Part shown: in pieces, positions 9,856-21,081 of the stretch
Layout of the letters: each line of letters begins with the position of its first letter
How positions within the stretch are numbered: position 1 is the stretch's first letter
From: an uncultured Solirubrobacterales bacterium
Lineage (GTDB): Bacteria; Actinomycetota; Thermoleophilia; Solirubrobacterales; JBBDJG01
NCBI GenBank assembly: GCA_963816975.1
Contig: CAWFMD010000006.1
Coordinates: 1,595,008 to 1,659,007, forward strand
Reading direction: 5' to 3'
Length of the DNA: 64,000 nt
Program-made: the position numbers and the translations under genes
The notes under the pieces: generated by a model
Database searches by the model: none
The model's input: only the letters and a program-made list of their open reading frames with translations
Told to the model about the DNA's origin: nothing

Positions 9856-9925
9856 GGCGCGACTTATCGCCCCGCAGCCCCTACTCTGTAAAGGCGTCTG
9901 AGGGGGCGCGGGGGGAGAGACGACT

Positions 9926-11242
<1,317 letters not shown>

Positions 11243-11245
11243 ACC

Positions 11246-11794
11246 GTGGCCTCACGGACGGCGGCCTTGGCGGTCGCGGTCCTCGGGGCGCTGGTGTCAT
11301 CCGGGTGCGGCGCGGGCGGCGACGAGGTGGCCGTACCGCATGCCGAGTTCGTGCGCGGCTGCTCCGAGCGCGTCGACGGCGAGCTTGCTCCGGGCTGGGA
11401 GCGGGAGAGCGTGGTGGCCGGGGCGCTCGCGTTTGCGTACGCGCGGCTGCTGGCCGGCGACGACCGCCGCCGCCCTGGCCGGCTCTGGGCGGTGAAGGTG
11501 CTGGCCGTGGTCGAGCCCGGCGAGAGCGTGACGGTCGTGGTGCCGCCGCGGGAGCGCTCCGAGGTAGCGCTGATCTACGACCCCGAGGTATGGGGAAGAT
11601 GGTCGGCGACGCGCACGCCTCGCCTGTCCGACGGACACGACTCGGTGCGCCTGGTGGCCTGTCGCGACGAGCAGCCGCACACGCAGTTCAACGGGGGCTT
11701 CATCGTGCGCTGGCCGCACTGTGCGCGGCTGGAGGTCTACAGCGGCGGCGTGCGCCACGCGGCGGCGATCCCCTTGGGGGAGCCGTGCCGTTAG
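11246..11794 (+). CDS. Hypothetical secreted protein, possible lipoprotein
   Basis: Signal-like N-terminus ending LVSSGC (non-canonical lipobox) and coding-like codon use. Confidence 0.6.
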   Translation: MASRTAALAVAVLGALVSSGCGAGGDEVAVPHAEFVRGCSERVDGELAPGWERESVVAGALAFAYARLLAGDDRRRPGRLWAVKVLAVVEPGESVTVVVPPRERSEVALIYDPEVWGRWSATRTPRLSDGHDSVRLVACRDEQPHTQFNGGFIVRWPHCARLEVYSGGVRHAAAIPLGEPCR

Positions 11795-12718
11795 CCCAGG
11801 TGCCGGCGCAGCACTGCGGCGATGCGCTGCGGTTCGTCGCGGACCTGCCGCCACGTGATCCGGATCACGCGCCAGCCCCGCTCCTGTAGGTAGAGGTCGC
11901 GGTCGCGATCACGGTGGAAGGCGATCGCGTGGCCATGCGTGGCGCGGCCGTCCGTTTCCACGACGAGCCTGTGCGCGGGCCAGTGGAAGTCGACCTGGAG
12001 CATGCCGACGTGGCCGTTCACGACGGGAAACGGCAGGCGGGCGCGGCGGATCAGGTCGAGCATCAGGCGCTCGAGCTCGCTCGCCGCCGTCGGGGGCTCG
12101 CCGGGCAAATCGGAAAGCAGACGGCGGAGCCTGCGCAGGCCGCGTTTGCCCTTCGCCGGTCTCGAGCGCCGCGAGTACCACGTCGAGGTCGAAGATCCGC
12201 AGCTCGAAGGTCCGTTCGAGCGCGCGGCGCAGCCGCCGCTCGCTCACGATGCCTGCCAGGTCGACCAGGGCCCGGGCCCACGTCGTGCAGGGGATGTTGT
12301 CCACGAGCGTCCGTTCCGATTCCGGCAGGGACCGCGTGACGTGCACGGCGATGCCGCGGTGTCGCCGTCCGCCGCCGCGGACCACGGTCACGTCGATCGG
12401 GCCGGAAGGGATCGGGCACAGGCCGATCCGCGCACCCGCCGCGCGGTGGCTGAGCCATGCGCCGTCACAGACCGCGAGCACCGCCGCCATGTCACGAGCA
12501 CCGGGAAGCAGCGCGGTGTGTCCCACGGCATAGACGCCGCGATGGAGCGGATGCAGGTGGCCGAGGTGAAGGCGGCGCTTGATCGTGTCCGAGGTGTGCC
12601 CGATCGCAAGCAATTGCGCCCGGCTGATCACCCCGTGCTGGCGGGCTGCCACCTCCGACACCGCCACCTCCGCGAGTGCGCGGTTTGGGGTGTCTATACG
12701 ACCCACAAAGTGTCGCAC
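11791..12718 (-). CDS. AbiEi-like N-terminal domain / DUF559 (very-short-patch endonuclease-like) protein, one frameshift near 12160
   Basis: One frame carries AARQHGVISRAQL...LHRGVYAVGH. The other carries SELER...VDFHWP..LVVETDG..H....FHRDRDRD..LQERGWRVIRITW. The join occurs at about 12160; start uncertain. Confidence 0.8.
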
Positions 12719-12757
12719 CCGGAGAGGGTGGCGGGAGATGCGTTACGTGTGTGTGAA

Positions 12758-13384
12758 CTACGTCGCGGGGGTGTAGAGCGTGCGGATCCAGATCGTCGCG
12801 AGCGTCGCTACGACCGTGTCGACCGGCGTCGTCGGCAGCCGTCCGAGCGTCATCTGCAGGTAGCGCTCGTTCATCCAGACCAGCGCCGCGGCGGTCGGGG
12901 CGGCATCCATCGGCGCGATGCGCCCAGCCGCGATGTCGGCCTCGACGCGCGTCGCCGTCGCGACCACGAACCGCTGGACCAGGCCGTGGTACACGCGCTC
13001 CACCTCGGGGTCGTGGCCGGCCGCGTCCGCGATCGCGTGCAGCACCAGCCCGTGCTCCGCCCACACCTCCGCGACGCCGCGCAGCGACTCGCGGACGTCC
13101 ACGCGAGGGTCGTCGTTCCCGCCCTCCAGCCAGCGGTTCGCCACCTCGAACAGCGCCTCCCCGATCCCCTCCACGAGGCGCACGGCGAGGTGGTGGCGGT
13201 CGCGGAAGTAGACGTAGAAGGAGGGGCGGGAGAGGGTCGTGCGCGCCATCACCTCGTCGACGGTGAGGTCCCAGAAGGGCCGCTCGCGCAGGAACGACTC
13301 CGCCGCGTCGAGGATCTCGCGCTCGGCGGACTCCGGCGACCGGCGGCGGCGCCGCGAGGAAGTTCCTGGTGCGCTTATTGACAC
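12758..13384 (-). CDS. TetR/AcrR family transcriptional regulator, divergent from the monooxygenase operon
   Basis: ILDAAESFL...LTVDEVMARTTLSRPSFYVYFRDR helix-turn-helix. Start uncertain (GTG 13384 chosen). Confidence 0.9.
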   Translation of the reverse strand: MSISAPGTSSRRRRRSPESAEREILDAAESFLRERPFWDLTVDEVMARTTLSRPSFYVYFRDRHHLAVRLVEGIGEALFEVANRWLEGGNDDPRVDVRESLRGVAEVWAEHGLVLHAIADAAGHDPEVERVYHGLVQRFVVATATRVEADIAAGRIAPMDAAPTAAALVWMNERYLQMTLGRLPTTPVDTVVATLATIWIRTLYTPAT

Positions 13385-13406
13385 GATGTCAGTAAGCCTA
13401 TATGGT
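13378..13406 (+). promoter_or_regulatory. Sigma70-type promoter with overlapping inverted-repeat operator
   Basis: TTGACA (13378-13383), 17 nt, TATGGT (13401-13406). TGACA-CGA-TGTCA palindrome at 13379-13391. Confidence 0.75.
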
Positions 13407-13506
13407 CGCCGCTCGAGGGGCAACCAGAATGCCCGCCGGACGTCGACCACCGGCTGCCCGCCAAGCGTCGACCAACTGCCGGCCAGTTGCCGGGAGGAGA
13501 GCCCAC

Positions 13507-15174
13507 ATGAGCGCCACCACGACCCGCCGCCGCAGCATCACCAAGACGCACGAGCGCATCTCGCAGCTCGGCTGGGAGCCCGACTACTTCCAGCCCGCGG
13601 ACAAGTACCCGTCGCGCTACACGTTCCCGACCAAGGCGAAGGACCCGATGAAGCACATCATGCGGGAGTACCTGCCGATGGAACTGGAGAAGGACGAGCG
13701 CGTGTACGGCGGGCACGACGCCGCGGTCCGCGCCGGGATGACGGGCAAGACCGGCCGGCGCTGGATGGAGATCATCAAGCCGTACATCGTCACGACCGCC
13801 TACGCCGAGGTCGGCGCCGGCCGCTGCATGTCGATGCTGATCGACGCGATTCCCAACAACGAGCTGCGCAACGGCTATCACGTGCAGTTCGTCGACGAGA
13901 TCCGGCACACGGGCCTCCAGATGGCGCTCGCCCGCTGGTACGCGAAGCACGTGCCCGACCCGTCCGGGTGGCACCTCGGACCGGCGACGCTCTCCAAGGA
14001 CCCGGGCGCGCGGCAGGCGCTCAACATGTTGTCGCATTTCATCGTGGGCGACCCGGTGCAGTGCGCCTTCACGCTGATGGTCGTCGCGGAGACGGCGTTC
14101 ACCAACATCGCGTTCGTGGCACTGCCCGACGTGGGCGCGCGCAACGGCGACTTCGCGCTGCCGACCACGTACCTCTCGGTGCAGTCGGACGAGGCGCGCC
14201 ACATCTCGAACGGCTACGCGACGCTCCTGACCGTCCTCCAGGAGGACGACAACGCGCCGCTGATCGAGCGCGACCTCGCGCAGGCATGGTGGATCAACCA
14301 CGCCTACCTCGACGGCTTCGGCTCCGCGATCATGGAGTACAGCTCCGATGACCGCTCCGACCCCGAGAGCTACCTCGACAAGTGGGAGCGCTGGATCGAG
14401 AACGACTGGTACCGCTCCTATGTGCTGAAGCTCGGCAAGCTCGGCCTGAACTTCCCGGCCGAGATGTTCGACCGCGCGAAGGCGCGGCTCGAGCGCGGAA
14501 TGGTCCACAAGAACATGCTCAGCGCGGCGGCGTTCTGGATGCTGCACTTCTGGCGCACCGAGCCGCTGAACGAGCGTGACTTCGAGTGGTTCGAGGCCAA
14601 GTACCCAGGCTGGTATGCGGAGTACGGCCCGGCGTGGGAGGCCTTCCGCCAGACGCGGCACGACCCGCAGCAATTCAAGCACCTGCTGCACATGGCGCTC
14701 GAGCAGGCCGCGCCATCGTGCTGGGTGTGCCTGATGGGCTGCGTGTTCCCCGACGACATGTGCCACCGCGCGGTCGGCGACCGCACGCGGTTCTACTGCT
14801 CGAAGGAGTGCATGTGGCTCGACGAGTCCAACCCGGGCCGCTACGTCGGCGACCGCAACTTCTTCGACCGCTACCACGGGTGGGAGCTGTCGGAGCTGGT
14901 GCGCGAGCTCGGCTTCGTGCGCACCGACGGCAAGACCCTGATCGCCCAGCCGCATCTCGGCAACGACAACATGTGGACGCTCGACGACGTGAAGAGCATG
15001 GACTTCCAAGTGCAGAGCCCCAACATCACCGTCGCCGAGCAGCTGGGGCTGCCGAACGGATCCTCGGCGGGGCTGGTGTCCCCGAACGGCCACCTCGACG
15101 GCGGGCTGAAGGCCGCGGCGCCCTGGTCGAACGGGGCCGCGAACGGCAAGCCGGTGACCAGCACGCCGACGTGA
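13507..15174 (+). CDS. Soluble di-iron monooxygenase hydroxylase alpha subunit (ThmA/DxmA-like, group 5 type)
   Basis: GGAGGAG RBS. Di-iron ligands E101, DEIRH (E131/H134), VAETAFTN (E195), SDEARH (E229/H232). DP.K.I...Y..M..EKD.RVYG and CS.EC..NPGRYVGDR..FDRYHGWE motifs resemble ThmA as recalled. Confidence 0.93.
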   Translation: MSATTTRRRSITKTHERISQLGWEPDYFQPADKYPSRYTFPTKAKDPMKHIMREYLPMELEKDERVYGGHDAAVRAGMTGKTGRRWMEIIKPYIVTTAYAEVGAGRCMSMLIDAIPNNELRNGYHVQFVDEIRHTGLQMALARWYAKHVPDPSGWHLGPATLSKDPGARQALNMLSHFIVGDPVQCAFTLMVVAETAFTNIAFVALPDVGARNGDFALPTTYLSVQSDEARHISNGYATLLTVLQEDDNAPLIERDLAQAWWINHAYLDGFGSAIMEYSSDDRSDPESYLDKWERWIENDWYRSYVLKLGKLGLNFPAEMFDRAKARLERGMVHKNMLSAAAFWMLHFWRTEPLNERDFEWFEAKYPGWYAEYGPAWEAFRQTRHDPQQFKHLLHMALEQAAPSCWVCLMGCVFPDDMCHRAVGDRTRFYCSKECMWLDESNPGRYVGDRNFFDRYHGWELSELVRELGFVRTDGKTLIAQPHLGNDNMWTLDDVKSMDFQVQSPNITVAEQLGLPNGSSAGLVSPNGHLDGGLKAAAPWSNGAANGKPVTSTPT

Positions 15175-16193
15175 GTCCACGGGTCGTCTTCGAGCCGATC
15201 GGCGAGGAGATCGACTGCGACGAGGAGGAGTCCGTCCTCGACGCCGCGTTCCGGCACGGCTACAACCTCGTCTATGGCTGCCGGGAGGGCCAGTGCTCGG
15301 CCTGCAAGGCATACCTGCTGGAGGGCGAGGTGGTGCTGAAGCCCTATTCCACCTTCGCCCTGGCGGAGTCCGAGGAGGCAAGCGGCTACACGCTGCTGTG
15401 CCGCGCGATGCCCGAGGAGGACCTGGTCGTCGAGCTGCTGCACTTCGACCCGGACAACTACAAGCTCGCGCACGAGATCCGCGACGGGCGCGGCACCGTG
15501 ACGGCCGTCGAGGCGCTCACGCGCGACATCCGGCGGCTGGAGCTGGAGGTGGCCGAGCCGGCCGATTTCTCGTTTCTCCCCGGCCAGTACGTGGACGTGT
15601 GGGTGCCCGGGGCAGACGGCGCCCGCCGCTCCTTCTCGATGGCGAACTTGCCCGGCGACGGGCGCATCGAGCTGATCGTCAAGCACTATCCGGGCGGCCG
15701 GTTCTCGAGCCTGCTCGAAGGAACGCTGGCGCCCGGCGACGAGCTGCGCTTCACCGGCCCCTACGGCGCCTTCCACCTGCGCAGCAGCAAGCGCCCGGTG
15801 CTGATGGTGGCGGGCGGCTCGGGCATGGCGCCGGTCCTGTCGCTGCTGCGGACGCTGGCGGCCGAGGGCAGCGAGCGCATGGTCCGCTTCTTCTACGGCG
15901 CGCGCACCGAGGAGGACCTGTTCTACGTCGACCTGATCGGCGAGCTCGGCGCGGGGCTGCGCGACTTCGACTTCCGCCCCGTGCTCTCCGACACCGACGG
16001 CTTCGTGCACGAGGCGGCGGGCGAGCTGCTCGAGTCGGGCGCCATGGACGACCCCGAGATCTACATGTGCGGGCCGCCCCCGATGATCGATGCGATGATC
16101 GAGCTGGCAACGCAGCGCCACGGCATCGACGAGGCCGGCAGGATCTTCCACGATAAATTCACGACGTCAGCCGATGCGGTGGCTGCCGGATAA
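15171..16193 (+). CDS. Monooxygenase reductase subunit (2Fe-2S / FAD / NAD domains)
   Basis: CREGQCSAC...C ferredoxin, RRSFSMAN, GGRFS, GPYG, AGGSGMAP, YMCGPPPM. GTGA coupling to alpha. Confidence 0.95.
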   Translation: MSPRVVFEPIGEEIDCDEEESVLDAAFRHGYNLVYGCREGQCSACKAYLLEGEVVLKPYSTFALAESEEASGYTLLCRAMPEEDLVVELLHFDPDNYKLAHEIRDGRGTVTAVEALTRDIRRLELEVAEPADFSFLPGQYVDVWVPGADGARRSFSMANLPGDGRIELIVKHYPGGRFSSLLEGTLAPGDELRFTGPYGAFHLRSSKRPVLMVAGGSGMAPVLSLLRTLAAEGSERMVRFFYGARTEEDLFYVDLIGELGAGLRDFDFRPVLSDTDGFVHEAAGELLESGAMDDPEIYMCGPPPMIDAMIELATQRHGIDEAGRIFHDKFTTSADAVAAG

Positions 16194-16202
16194 GGAGGAG
16201 AG

Positions 16203-17294
16203 ATGTCCGCTGGCACAGGACCACCCGTGAAGCACGTCGGCGACGGCGCCCTGCGCCGCGGCGACGAGCCCGAGCGCTCGTTCCAGTGGTACACCCCGAA
16301 GAAGCGCAGGGCGTCGATCTACGAGGACGTGACCGTCGACTCGCAGCCCTCGGTGCACCGCCACATCCAGAGCGGGCGGGGATGGCCGCTCCACTTCGAG
16401 GATGGGCGCGGCCTGTGGTCGGACGACTCGACGCGGCTGCGCGCGGGCGACTGGTACGCCTTCCGCGATCCCGGCCAGATGTGGGAGCGGCCGTACTACC
16501 AGGCCGGCACCGCCTACGAGCAGCTGATCGAGGGTGCGGTCCGCACGGCCAAGCGCGAGCGGGCGCTCGACGACTTCACTCCCGAGTGGGTGGACTTCCT
16601 GCGCACGCACCTGCAGGTGCCGGCGTTCATCGAGCACGGCATCTGGCTCGCGCTGGCGAGCGCCGCGCGTGACACGCTGTCCGACACGGTCACGCACTGC
16701 GTGGCCCTGGAGGCGGCGATGAAGCAGCGCCAGGCCCAGGCCTGCCTGCTGTACGGCATGGACCTGGAGGAGCACTTCGGGGACTTCCCGGTCGAGCGTG
16801 CGCGCGAGAGCTTCCTCAACGACGCCGCCTGGCAGCCGGCGCGCAGCTACGTGGAGCGGCTGCGCGCGACGCCCGACTGGGCCGAGCGGGTGATCGCCGC
16901 GAACCTGTGCTTCGAGCCGGCCGTGGGCCTGCTCGTGCGGCGGGAGCTTTTCATGCGCTCCGTGCGCTTCAACGGCGACATCGTGACCCAGGCCGTCAGC
17001 CACGTGGCCCAGCTCGAGTGGGAGTGGGTGCAGGGCTGGACGACCGAGCTCGTGAAGTTCGTGCAGGAGGATCCCGAGCACGGTGCCGCGAACCGCGACG
17101 TGCTGGCGGACTGGCTCGCTGAGTGGATGCCGCTCGCCGATCAGGCGGCGCTCGCGCTGGCCCCCGTGTTCGGCGACCTGCCCGCCGGGATCTCGTTCGA
17201 CGACGCGCGCGCCAACGTGCGCGTCGACGTGGACCAGCTGTTCGGCGACTGCGGCCTGTCCGAGGCGGCCGCGCCGACCGGAGGTGCCACGTGA
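16203..17294 (+). CDS. Soluble di-iron monooxygenase hydroxylase beta subunit
   Basis: AAGGAGG RBS. YEDVTVDSQP, DWYAFRDP..MWERPYY, ferritin-like helical pattern lacking iron ligands. Confidence 0.92.
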   Translation: MSAGTGPPVKHVGDGALRRGDEPERSFQWYTPKKRRASIYEDVTVDSQPSVHRHIQSGRGWPLHFEDGRGLWSDDSTRLRAGDWYAFRDPGQMWERPYYQAGTAYEQLIEGAVRTAKRERALDDFTPEWVDFLRTHLQVPAFIEHGIWLALASAARDTLSDTVTHCVALEAAMKQRQAQACLLYGMDLEEHFGDFPVERARESFLNDAAWQPARSYVERLRATPDWAERVIAANLCFEPAVGLLVRRELFMRSVRFNGDIVTQAVSHVAQLEWEWVQGWTTELVKFVQEDPEHGAANRDVLADWLAEWMPLADQAALALAPVFGDLPAGISFDDARANVRVDVDQLFGDCGLSEAAAPTGGAT

Positions 17295-17599
17295 GCGGGC
17301 AAACGTACGACTACGTCGGGATCGTGATGGCGAAGAGCGAGGAGGGTGACGCCGTCGCGAACGTGCTGCGCGGGCACGAAGGGGTCGAGATCGTGGAGAA
17401 CCCGTCGTTCTGGGACGTGCGGGCGAAGGATCGCCTCGTGATCGATTTCGACGCGGTCAGCGAGGAGCTCGGCTTCGACGTCGACCCATATGCGATGCAG
17501 CACGAGATGTCCACCCATTATGGTCGGCTGGTCGTGACCGATGACGCGCTGATGCTGTTCTCGGATCCGGTCGAGGCGATGGAGTACCTGAGCAACTGA
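17291..17599 (+). CDS. Monooxygenase coupling/effector protein (MmoB/DmpM family, ThmC-like)
   Basis: YDYVGIVM...RAKDRLVIDFDAV.EELG...M(S)THYGR. 102 aa; GTGA coupling to beta; GGAGG RBS. Confidence 0.9.
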   Translation: MSGQTYDYVGIVMAKSEEGDAVANVLRGHEGVEIVENPSFWDVRAKDRLVIDFDAVSEELGFDVDPYAMQHEMSTHYGRLVVTDDALMLFSDPVEAMEYLSN

Positions 17600-17621
17600 G
17601 TGAGAGGAATAGGAGAGGCGG

Positions 17622-19629
17622 ATGAGTGAGCTGAACGAGGCCCGGCGCGCTGTGCTGCAGGCGGTGTGCAACACGGTCGTGCCGAGCATTCCCCACGACC
17701 CCGACCCGACCGGGCTGTGGGCGCGCAGCGCCACGGACATGGGTGCGGACCAGGGCATCGAGCAGGTCTTCGGCACGCTCCCGCAGGAGCAGTTCGCGGG
17801 GATGATGGAGCTGCTCGACGGCCTCGCGGCAGCAGGGCTTCACGCAGGTCTCGCAGCGCTCGCGCGAGCAGATCCTGCGCAACGTCGCGCTGGTCGGGCC
17901 CGAAGCCGCCGCCGGCATCTCGACGCTGGTGGGGCTGACGCTCTTCATCACCTATGGCGCACCCGACCCGGCGACCGGGCAGAACCCCAACTGGGCGGTG
18001 TTCGGCTATCCGGGACCGACCGCAGCGCCGCCCGCGCGGCCCAAGCCGATCGCGCCCGTCGCGCCCAGCGGCGACGAGCTCACGCTGGAGGCGGACGTGT
18101 GCATCGTCGGGTCGGGCGCGGGCGGCGGCGTGATCGCGGGCGAGCTCGCCAAGGCCGGCCTGAAGGTCTGCGTGGTGGAGGCCGCCGGCTACTTCAACGA
18201 GTCCGACTTCGACCAGCTCGAGCTGTCCGCATACGAGCGCATGTACTGGCGCGGCGGCCCGCAGCCGACCGCCGACTTCAACGTGACCGTGTACGCGGGG
18301 GTGGGGCTCGGCGGCGGCACGGTGATCAACTGGACCAACTGCCTGCGCACCCGTCCGTGGGTGCGGGAGCAGTGGGCGGGCGAGCACGGCCTCGAGGGCG
18401 TCGACGGCCCCGACTTCGACGGCCACCTGGACGCGATCTTCGAGCGGATCTCGGTGAACGACCGGTGCTCGGACCTGAACGGCCCGCACCAGCGCATGAA
18501 GGAGGGCGCGGACGGGCTGGGCTGGTCCTTCCGGACGATCCTGCGCAACACGGACGAGAGCTGCTACGACCCGGCCTCGGTCGCCTACATCGGCTTCGGC
18601 GACCAGTCGGGCTCGAAGCTCAGCACGCAGCGCACCTACCTGCAGGACGCGTTCGACGCGGGCGCCGACATCGTCGTGCGCTGCACCGTCGAGCGCGTGC
18701 TGGTCGAGCAAGGCCGCGCGGCGGGCGTGGAAGGGACATGGCTCGATCCCGAGACCGGCCGCTCCGCGCGGGTGACCGTGCGTGCGCCGCAGGTCGTGGT
18801 CGCGGCCGGCGTCGCTGGAGTCGCCCGCGCTGCTGCGCCGCTCGCAGATCGGCGGCCCGGCCGTCGGCAACTACCTGCGCATCCACCCGTGCACGGCGCT
18901 GTTCGGCATCTACGGTGAGGATCAGGAGGCGTGGTGGGGCGCGCCGCAGGCCGGGACTCGTGGACGAGTTCGCGGCGGTCGAGGACGGCTACGGGTTCCT
19001 CGTCGAGGCGACCCAGTACGCCCCCGCGCTGGTCGGCTCGGCGCTCCCCTTCACGGGCGCGCGCAGGCACAAGGAGATGATGGAGCAGGTGCGCTACGGC
19101 GCCACCTTCATCGGCCTGCTGCGCGAGCGCGGCCACGGCCGCGTGGACGTGGACGCAAACGGCCAGGCGGTGGTCTACTACGACCTCACCGACGAGCTTG
19201 ACATCCGCAACACCCACCGCGCGATCGACGCGCAGGCGCGCCTGCACGCGGCCGCGGGCGCGCGCGAGATCCAGCCGATGGCCGCCGGCGCCGCCGCGCT
19301 GGCGCGCGGGCGACGACCTCGACGAGTGCATCGCGCGCTGGCAGCGCGTGCCGCTGCGGGCGGGCGGCTTTCGCCTGTTCTGCGCCCACCAGATGGGCAC
19401 CTGCCGGATGGGCAAGGACCAGCAGACGAGCGTCGCCGACCCCTGGGGACAGCTGCACGACACGCCGGGCGTGTGGATCGGCGACGGCAGCGCGTTCCCG
19501 ACGGCCTCGGGCACGAATCCGATGATCTCGATCATGGCGCTCGCGCGGCGGACGGCCGGTGCGATCGCCTCCCAGCATTCGCCTGCGACGGGTCAGACGG
19601 CCCGCGAACCAGTCACCACGACCCGATAA
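17622..19629 (+). CDS. GMC oxidoreductase (long-chain alcohol oxidase-like), broken by four apparent frameshifts
   Basis: DVCIVGSGAGGG, GVGLGGGTVINW, VVVAAG, VGNYLRIHP, C-terminal AHQMGTCRMG and GDGSAFPTASGTNP. Frame changes near 17835, 18810, 18955 and 19295. Confidence 0.85.
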
Positions 19630-19638
19630 GGAGCACTC

Positions 19639-21076
19639 ATGGCCGTAGCCGCAGAACTTCAGGTACGCGACAAGCTCTTCATCGGAGGCGAGTGGGTCGA
19701 CCCGGCGGGGTCGGAGACGATCGACGTCGTGAACGCCGCCACCGAAGAGGTGATGGGCCGCATCCCGCAAGGCACGCCACAGGACGTCGACCGCGCGGTC
19801 GCGGCCGCGCGCGCGGCCTTCGAGTCGTGGTCCCAGGCGCCGCTCGAGGAGCGCGCGAACGTGGTCCGGGCGATCGCCGCCGGGCTGGCTGCGCGCAGCG
19901 ACGAGATCGCCGCGACGATCGCCCAGGAGCTGGGCATGCCGATCGGGCTGTCCAAGGCGATCCAGGCGGGCCTGCCGACGATGACGTTCACCTCCGTCCC
20001 CGACCTGGTCGAGGAGATCGTGTGGCAGGAGGAGATCGGCAACTCGCTGGTGGTCCGCGAGCCGATCGGCGTGGTGGGCGCGATCACTCCCTGGAACTAC
20101 CCGCTCCACCAGATCGCGGCCAAGGTCGCCCCGGCCCTGGCCGTGGGCTGCACGGTCGTGCTGAAGCCCAGTGAGGTTGCGCCCCTGAACGCGTTCATCC
20201 TCGCCGAGATCATCGCGGCGGCGGGCGCGCCCGCCGGAGTGTTCAACCTCGTCACGGGGACCGGCCCGGTGGTGGGCGAGGCGATCGCCTCCCACCCGGG
20301 GGTCGACATGGTGTCGTTCACCGGGTCCACGCGCGCCGGGCGGCGCGTCAGCGAGCTGGCCGCGCAGAGCGTGAAGCCCGTCGCCCTGGAGCTGGGCGGC
20401 AAGTCGCCGAACGTGATCCTCGACGACGCGGACCTCGAGACCGCGGTCACGGACGGCGTCTCGAAGTGCTTCCTCAACTCCGGCCAGACGTGCAGCGCGC
20501 TGACGCGCATGCTGGTGCCGCGCGAGCGGCTCGCCGAAGCGGAGCAGATCGCGGCGGCCGTGGCCGGCGCCTTCACCGTCGGCGACCCGTTCGGCGAGGA
20601 GACGAAGCTCGGCCCGCTGGTGTCCGACGTCCAGCGGGAGCGCGTGCGCGGCTACATCCGCAAGGGAGTGGACGAGGGCGCAAAGCTCGTCGCGGGCGGC
20701 GCGGAGGCGCCCGACGGTCTCGGCCGCGGCTACTTCGTGCGGCCGACCGTGTTCTCGGACGTGCGCAGCGACATGACGATCGCGCAGGAGGAGATCTTCG
20801 GTCCCGTGCTGTCGATCATCCCCTACGACGGCGAGGAGGACGCGGTCCGGATTGCGAACGACTCGAGCTACGGGCTGGCCGGCGGCGTGTGGTCGGCCGA
20901 CGAGGATCGCGCCAAGCGCGTCGCGCGCCGCATCAGGACCGGGCAGGTCGAGATCAACGGCGGGGTGTTCAACCCGCTGGCGCCGTTCGGCGGCTACAAG
21001 CAGTCGGGCCACGGCCGCGAGCTGGGGCGCTATGCCCTGGAGGAATATCCTCCAGGTGAAGTCCATGCAGCTCTGA
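19639..21076 (+). CDS. NAD-dependent aldehyde dehydrogenase (CddD-like subfamily), +1 base near 21050
   Basis: [27 protein letters not shown], catalytic Cys in [23 protein letters not shown]. The natural C-terminus [11 protein letters not shown] is in the adjacent frame. Confidence 0.92.
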
Positions 21077-21081
21077 GCCGC

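Noticed and set aside
13507-17599. Soluble methane monooxygenase
   Set aside because: No gamma subunit or MmoD, gene order is alpha-reductase-beta-coupling, and Gln replaces the Cys151-equivalent residue.
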